Positions 56,897 through 64,000 of a DNA stretch of 64,000 nt are shown piece by piece. The position numbers and the translations under genes are program-made. Source of the DNA: a virus (Duplodnaviria > Caudoviricetes). The stretch lies in the IMG/VR virus record IMGVR_UViG_3300031994_000020. The stretch is one strand, 5' to 3'. Every line of letters starts with the position of its first letter. Position 1 is the stretch's first letter. The notes below the pieces were generated by a model. The model saw nothing but the letters and a program-made list of their open reading frames with translations, did not search any database and had not been told where the DNA came from.

Positions 56897-59233
56897 ATGC
56901 CAGACATTGTAAAAAGAATTAGTCTTAAAAATAATCAAGGCGATTACACTAATTATGATATTGGTGCGGATGCTAACAATGTTAGTCTTGTTGAACCAAT
57001 CAATATTGGTGGCAATATATATAATGATGCAGAATCTGCATTAAATGCTTTAAATAATAATAACAGCGATGTTGTAATTAAAGATTTTATATCTAAAACC
57101 TAGACTGGTCTTACTAGCTTTGATGGTAAATATGTATGGACTGATGGAAATGATATTTATTATTCAAATAATTATCAGCAGTATAAATTAAATAAAAATA
57201 CCGGTGAATGGACTGAAGTTACTTGGGGCGGTTTAGCAAGTAATATTCAATTAGATGGTCAATATATATGGTCAGATGGAGAAGATACCTATTATTCAAG
57301 AAGCCTTACGGGACATCAATATAAATTAAATAAGACTTCTGGAGATTAGGAAACAGCTACTTAGCAAGGAAAATCATTATTCAATGGAATAAATGTATGG
57401 ACAGATGGAAATCAATATTATCTTTCATATAATTCAGATCAATATGTATTGGATAAAACAACAACTCCATATACTTGGGTTGCAGTTACTTAGTCTACAC
57501 CCGATGGAACATTTGGTGGGAATGGCTATTTTACGTAGTCAGACGGAAATAATACTTATTATTCTAGTGATAATACTCAATATGTTTTAGATAAAATAAA
57601 TCCTTATACATAGACACAAATGACATAGACTGGATTAACTTCCTTTATTGGTTCTAATGTTTGGACTTCTAATGAAGGAGATATTTATCTTTCTGAAGGA
57701 ACTAAACAATATGTTTTAAATAAAGAAACTTATAATTGGTCTCCCGTATCATGGTCTATTCAATTAGTTGATCAAACTAATTTTAAGGGAGAACATATTT
57801 AGACTGATGGAAGTGATGTTTATTTCTCTTATGGTTCAGAACATTTTATTTTTGACAATAGAAAAATAACAGAAGCTGGTGTACCAAATGGATTAGCTAC
57901 ATTAGATTCAAATGGTAAATTAAATAATACACAAATTCCTAGTGGAGCAATGGTTAAGGGTATTGATTATGTTACCGCTGGACAAAAAGCTAACACTACT
58001 TTAGGAAATGGAGCTACTGCGGAAGGTCAGAATACTACAGCAAGCGGACCTTATTCTCATGCTGAAGGGCAGAATACTACAGCAAGTGGACCATTAGCTC
58101 ATGCAGAAGGACAAAGCACTGTTGCAAAAGAAGTAAATGCTCATACAGAAGGTAATGGAACAACAGCTTCTAATGCAAATACTCATGCAGAAGGACTTTC
58201 AACAATTGCTTCTGGCCCTAATGCACATGCGGAAGGTAGTGGCACTGTTGCAAGAGAAGCAAATACACATGCTGAAGGTAATAGTACAACAGCTTCTAAC
58301 GCAAATGCTCATGCAGAAGGATATTTAACAATTGCTTCTAATGCAAATGCACATGCGGAAGGTAATGGTACAACAGCTGCTCATACAAATGCTCATGCAG
58401 AAGGTTTTAAAACTGTAACTGGTAATGCTAATCAGCATGTAGGCGGAAGATGGAATATAGGTAGAAATAATACTTTATTTGAAATTGGTAATGGTACAGC
58501 AAATAATGCAAGATCAAATGCTTTTGAAGTATATGAAGATGGAAATATATTTGTTGCAGGAAATGTTGCTAATAATAGGAAAGAAACATTTGTAACTAAT
58601 AGAGGAATACTTAATTCTTCTTTTGTTATTTCAGATGATTTTAAAAATAATAGTATTTATTCTTATTTTAGTAATTCTACTGAAAATATAAATATATATA
58701 TTAATGGTGCTAAATATTTTGGTATTAAAACATCAAATAATGTTTATTTATATACAGGACAAGTTAGTACTGGATATAATGGAATATATGTAAGAGTATT
58801 TAATGAAAGCACAGGATTATTAATACATCAAGGATATTATAATGATGCATCTTTAACTACCACTTTAGAATTAACAGGGAATATTAATTATACATTTTAT
58901 TTCTATGATATGAATAATGCTCCTTGGGATGAACATATTATTTATAAAGAATATTGGTTTGGAAGTGGATCACAAGCTGCCGGTCCAGCTGTTGAATGTT
59001 CGACATTAGATTCGCATACTTCACTATATTATGGAGTAGTAGATGTTGGTATTCCTAATTATCGTTTAGTATCTGCTAATCTTACATCTTCTTGGACACC
59101 TACTCCTGATAAAATAACGCCTACACTTTTATTAAGAGATTGGGATAAGATTAGGATTTTTGTGGGAGCGAGTCCAGAAACTCTTACTATGGGGTTAAGA
59201 TGTTTATATCTTAAACGTGGAAGCGAAACATAA
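56897..59233 (+). CDS. tail fibre/adhesin, 778 aa: Trp-rich ~45-aa repeats plus YadA-head-like 14-aa repeats (8 TAG)
   Basis: single frame; 5 WxxxTW...WTDG repeats; ~10 AHAEG repeats. Confidence 0.85.
58010..58420 (+). repeat. 42-bp coding tandem repeats (TASxxxAHAEGxxT)
   Basis: ~10 copies. Confidence 0.85.
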
Positions 59234-59313
59234 AAAATGAAATAGATCTATTTTTTATATTTAAAAAATTTTATCAAAAATTCAAGATAATAAAATTGTT
59301 TTTTAAAAAATTA

Positions 59314-59352
59314 AGGGGACTTAATCATTAGATTAAGTCCCCTTTTCTTTTT
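59314..59352 (+). terminator. intrinsic terminator
   Basis: AGGGGACTTAATC/GATTAAGTCCCCT + T run. Confidence 0.8.
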
Positions 59353-59440
59353 GGTCAATTATAGTAAATAATGCTTTTATCTTTTTAAAATATAATATTA
59401 AAGAAGATATTTTATTAAGAGTAAAAAGGAGGGACATTAA

Positions 59441-60004
59441 GTGACAACAAATAATGTTATTTCACAATTAAATATAAAAAGATCAAGTGATGGATACGAT
59501 ACTTATTATATTGGTCCAGAATTAAAATATGTTGGTAGCTTAGCTACATCTAATAATCATAATCTTGAAGAACAAATGATAATGGGAGTAGATAGACAAA
59601 TTGTTTCTTATTATGATGAAGTAAATAAAGCGCAAATTGAAATAATAGATTTTCGTAGAAATAGCGATACAAAATATTATACTTTAGAAAAAATAAAGTA
59701 TGATGGAGATTATGGTATGAGTGTTGCTTATGTTCAAGGAAATGTATTAAATTTTAATACTTCTAATATATTTTGTTCACAAGATCATATTTTAGATCAA
59801 AATGAATATGATCCAAATATGATTTTTACAGATAATAAATTTGATATAACATCAGACTCTATATTAGAAGTAGATACTCTTTATTATACAGATCCTGATG
59901 ATACAAGCGTACCTGATGGAAAGAAAGCAATATCTATAAAAACAACAATGAGAATTACTAAAGGCGGTCATTCTATGATTGTTGAAACTGTTCAAGAGCC
60001 TTGA
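59441..60004 (+). CDS. hypothetical protein, paralog of 56275-56880
   Basis: GGAGG RBS + GTG. Confidence 0.8.
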   Translation: MTTNNVISQLNIKRSSDGYDTYYIGPELKYVGSLATSNNHNLEEQMIMGVDRQIVSYYDEVNKAQIEIIDFRRNSDTKYYTLEKIKYDGDYGMSVAYVQGNVLNFNTSNIFCSQDHILDQNEYDPNMIFTDNKFDITSDSILEVDTLYYTDPDDTSVPDGKKAISIKTTMRITKGGHSMIVETVQEP

Positions 60005-60033
60005 TAAAATAAGAGAAAAGGAGTGGTAAAAAG

Positions 60034-60309
60034 ATGCCAAATAAGATTATAAATCAAATTAATTTAAAAAATTCTGATGGACAATCATCTGAACTTTATG
60101 ATATAGGTGCTAATGCTGTTAATGTTATGTATGATAATGATACTAATATAAAAACAAAGATTGATAGTAAAGCAGATACACAAGCGGTAGGTCAATCTAT
60201 TCAACAAATAAGAAATGTAATTCCATCTACCGCAACAAGTAGTAATCAATTAATAACAGCGAATGATTTAGATACTGCAATATATGATGTTCTTAATACC
60301 CCCGTTTAA
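60034..60309 (+). CDS. short fibre-anchor-like protein
   Basis: N-terminus shared with 56897 and 62022 (I.L.N..G....YDIGA.A.NV). Confidence 0.75.
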   Translation: MPNKIINQINLKNSDGQSSELYDIGANAVNVMYDNDTNIKTKIDSKADTQAVGQSIQQIRNVIPSTATSSNQLITANDLDTAIYDVLNTPV

Positions 60310-60327
60310 TAAAAGGAGGTAATAAAA

Positions 60328-61014
60328 ATGAGTTTAAAAAGTGTTTTCGTTGATATAGCAAATAGTATTAGAAGTAAAACTGGAACTTCTGAATTAATTA
60401 AGCCCGTAGATATAGCAGATGTAATAAATAATAGTACTTTAGGCGGCGGTGAATTTGTAATTGCAGATAATGGAGCATTAAAATTTAATTCTAGTGTATT
60501 TAATATGCCTGTGAATATTTCTGATAATGTCACTGATATGCGTAATTGTTTTTATGGTTGTAGTAATTTTAATCAACCTATTAACATACCTAATAACATT
60601 GCTTATATGGGTGGCTGTTTTGCAGGTTGTGACAACTTTAATCAACCTATTAATATATCTAATAATGTTACTAATATGTATGAATGTTTTGCAGGTTGTA
60701 CTAATTTTAATCAACCTGTTAATATACCTAATAACATTGCTCATATAGAGCGTTGTTTTTTGGGTTGTAGCAATTTTGGGCAGAATATTTTTTTAAACAA
60801 AACTAATTTAACCCCTATGTTTTATAGATCTATGCTTGGATCTTGTAATAATTCAAAAACAAAACGAATTTTCATTGGGGCCGGAGTTTCTCCTGGTAAT
60901 CTTATAGCTTATACTAATGAATTTTCAATAGTTGGAAATACAATCACATAGTCATCAAATTCAAATTGCACATATAATACAGCATATAATATATATATTT
61001 ATAATAATAGATAA
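60328..61014 (+). CDS. DUF285/BspA-like LRR protein, 4 repeats (1 TAG)
   Basis: FNQPxNIPNxxxxMxxCFxGCxN 23-aa repeats; TAG 60949, then TAA 61012. Confidence 0.8.
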
Positions 61015-61028
61015 AGGAGGTACAATGA

Positions 61029-61997
61029 ATGGCGATTTTAGAAGATGTTTTTATAAATATAGCTAATAGTATTAGAAGTAAAACTGGAACCTCTGAATCA
61101 ATTAAACCTATAGATATGCCAAATATAATAAATAATATAAGTGCTGGCGGTATTTATAATATAACTACAGGAAATGCAGCAACATCATTTAATAAAGAAA
61201 CATTTAATTATCCTGTTAATATTTCTAATAATGTTACTGATATGAGTAATTGTTTTAATAATTGTACTATTTTTAATCAGCCTATTAATATACCTAATAG
61301 TGTTACTAATATGTGTAATTGTTTTATACATTGCTATGAATTTAATCAACCTGTTAATATACCTAATAGTGTTACTGATATGAATAATTGTTTTAGCTAT
61401 TGTGGTTTTGGTTTTAATCAACCTATTAATATACCTAATAGCGTTACTAATATGGAAAGTTGCTTTCATTTTTGTAATAATTTTAATCAACCTATTAATA
61501 TACCTAATAATATTACTAGTGTGTATGATCTTTTTTATAATTGCTATAGTTTCAATCAATATGTAAATATACCTAATAGTGTTACTAATATGTGTGATTG
61601 TTTTAGTGGTTGTTAGAATTTTAATCAACCTGTTAATATACCTAATAATGTAGCAAGCCTTTATTATTGTTTTAGAAATTGTAAAAATTTTAATCAGCCT
61701 ATTAATATTCCTAATAGTATAACAAATATGGAAGGTTGTTTTGAGGCTTGTCAAAATTTTGAACAAGATATTATTTTAAAGAAAACTGATTTGCTTCCTA
61801 TTATGTATGCAAATATATTTAAAAATTGTAATAATTCAAAAAGAAAACAAATTTTTGTTGGTATAGGAGGGTCTCCTGGAAATCTTATAGCTTATACTAA
61901 TAGATATTCAATAGTTGGAGATACAATAACATAGACAACAAATTCAAATTGTGCTTATAATACAGCTTTCAATATATATATTTATAACAATAAATAA
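61029..61997 (+). CDS. DUF285/BspA-like LRR protein, 8 repeats (2 TAG)
   Basis: paralog of 60328; TAG at 61614 and 61932; TAA 61995. Confidence 0.8.
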
Positions 61998-62021
61998 CAA
62001 ATAAAGGAGGTATAAAATAAA

Positions 62022-64000
62022 ATGCCATTAATCAAACAAATTAACTTAGACAACGATGGTGTTGTAACCTCATATGATATTGCGGCAGATGCTACTAACG
62101 TAGAATTACAAAGCCCTGTCACAATAGATGAACAACAGTATGAAACTGCGGGAGGCGCGTTAGAGGCGGCCGCCGCAGCTATAAATAACATAGAAATAGA
62201 TATAGCTGATCTTGGTATAAGCAAGATAGGTATATCTCAGATTGGTATGGCTAATGGTGTTGCAAGTCTTGATGCTAATGGTAAGATACCAGTTTCTCAG
62301 TTGCCTAGTACCGGTTCGGATGTATATCGTTACAATATAGTTACCAAATCAACGGGCGGTTCGGATGCAGCGATAACTATAAAGAAATATCTTAATGAAG
62401 AGTTGGTATCATCAACTGACTACCCTTATAAGACATTTGATCATACCCATGTGATTATTGATAGTTTATTTGACATGATTTATGCCGAAGATGGTCAGGC
62501 TAAGTATACAATGACTTTACTTGAGAACTCTACCGATCATAATGCCGGATATTCAAGAAGATGGCAATACAATGAAACTGTAGACTTCTCAGAAACATTC
62601 ATAATGTCAGATGAAGATATTTCGTTTATCGCTCCTCCATTCTACGCAAATGTATCATATGTTGTTGGCGATAAAGTAACACGTAATGGTAACTTTTACA
62701 GATGTAAAATGCCTCATACCGGTGCATGGGATATTGCTGATTTCGATAAGATATCTGTGGATGAGTTATTTGACGAGGTGTATGATTCTCTTGATGATAT
62801 CGCAATTGACATAACGCAACTTGGTATAAGTAAGGTAGGCATTTCCCAGGTTGGTATCGCTGGAGGTGTTGCTAGTCTTGGTAATGACGGTAAGGTACCG
62901 AACAGTCAGTTACCTGCTATACCTACGAAAGTTTCAGAACTTCAAAATGATAGTGGATTTATTACAGGATATACAGAAACCGATCCTACAGTTCCCGCCT
63001 GGGCGAAAGCTTCTACTAAGCCTAGCTATACTGCAAGTGAGGTCGGCGCAGTTGCAACTACAGCTGTCGGTAGCGCTAATGGAGTCGCTGAACTAGATAG
63101 CACAGGTAAGGTACCTGCCGCACAGCTTCCTTCTTTTGTTGATGAAATTATAGAAGGTTATCTGAATCCCGCAGATGGTAAGTTTTATGAAGAATCTACT
63201 TATGAAACAGAAATACTTGGGGAAGAAGGTAAGATATATACTGAATTAGCAACTAATAAGACTTATAGATAGTCTGGTTCCGCATTCGTTGAGGTAAGTG
63301 AGAGTCTTGCTCTTGGTGAAACATCATCTACCGCATATGCGGGCAATAAAGGTAAAGCAAATGCAGATGCGATTGCCGCAATTAAAGATGGAACTAACAT
63401 TGACAGTTTTAGTGATGTTGAGACTGCTCTTAGTAATAAGCAGCCTAAGACTCTTGATACTCCTATAGTAGTAGATGAAACAAGTTATACTACTGTAGAA
63501 TCTGCTATGAATGCTATTAATAATAAAGCTGTGATAGTAGATGATGAAATGTCTGATACAAGTATTAATCCTGTTCAGAATAAGGTTATTACAGAAGCTT
63601 TAAATGGCAAAGAAGATGTGATGGAATATACCTCTGATACTAATGTGCTTGAAGTAAATTTACAGCATAGTGCTTTAGTATCAGGCATGGCGATTGACAT
63701 ACAGCCCATACAGGACTTACACGGATATGATAAACCGTGGGTTGGTGGCGCTTCAAAACAGCTTCTCCCCTTAACGGTAGCAGGATTAAAAGCATTAAAC
63801 ACCACAGGAACATGGTCTGGAAATAATTATTCCATTCATGGTGGAGTGATAACCCTTTTAACAGATACGGATGAAAACGTAATAGGGATAAATGCAAACG
63901 GGACATTTACCACAAGAGTAGACTTTTCTTTAGGTAGCGTGTCTCTTAATGGAAGTTATGTTATAAGTGGTTCAACAAATGGTGGTTTGGATAAGTGGAT
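62022..64000 (+). CDS. tail fibre/adhesin protein, partial (1 TAG at 63270)
   Basis: three GVA.LD..GK.P..QLP repeats; TYR[W]SGS..VE.S.SLALGETSSTAY; frame open to the window end. Confidence 0.8.

Noticed and set aside
60328-61997. DGR template/variable repeat pair
   Set aside because: Both copies are coding, differences are not confined to adenines, and there is no reverse transcriptase in the window.
17096-64000. TAG->Gln (table 15), the usual phage amber recoding
   Set aside because: TAG falls in Trp columns of the internal repeats and in Trp motifs; Gln columns in the same repeats use CAA/CAG.
17096-64000. Decayed prophage with pseudogenes
   Set aside because: I found no frameshifts and no internal TAA/TGA over ~47 kb; the interruptions are exclusively TAG.
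17096-64000. Systematic TGG->TAG sequencing error or G-to-A hypermutation
   Set aside because: The effect is frame-specific and gene-class-specific, and out-of-frame TGG in conserved Gly codons is intact. It is not formally excluded without raw reads.

Overview
AT-rich segment of a large tailed dsDNA phage (siphovirus-like gene set; sigma-A promoters and GGAGG ribosome-binding sites point to a Firmicutes host). There are two divergent arms. (1) About 660-16900, minus strand: more than 30 small early/host-takeover genes, most with their own TTGACA-N17-TATAAT promoter. This arm also holds a tRNA-Lys(UUU), LexA-type boxes, repeated antisense promoter-plus-GC-hairpin units and candidate ncRNAs. 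(2) 17096-64000, plus strand: the morphogenesis operon (terminase, portal, protease/scaffold, capsid, neck, tail tube, ~2790-aa tape measure, baseplate, holin-like genes, adhesin array). Main result: the fragmented ORFs of the plus arm are single genes interrupted only by in-frame TAG, and these TAGs sit at tryptophan positions. This is shown directly by internal repeats in which TAG and TGG alternate in the same columns. The phage therefore appears to read amber as Trp, not as Gln, which is the usual phage TAG recoding. TAG-Trp is absent from early genes and from the high-copy virion genes but dominant in tail/baseplate genes. No amber decoder is visible in the window. All counts are manual and product calls come from motifs and synteny, not database searches.
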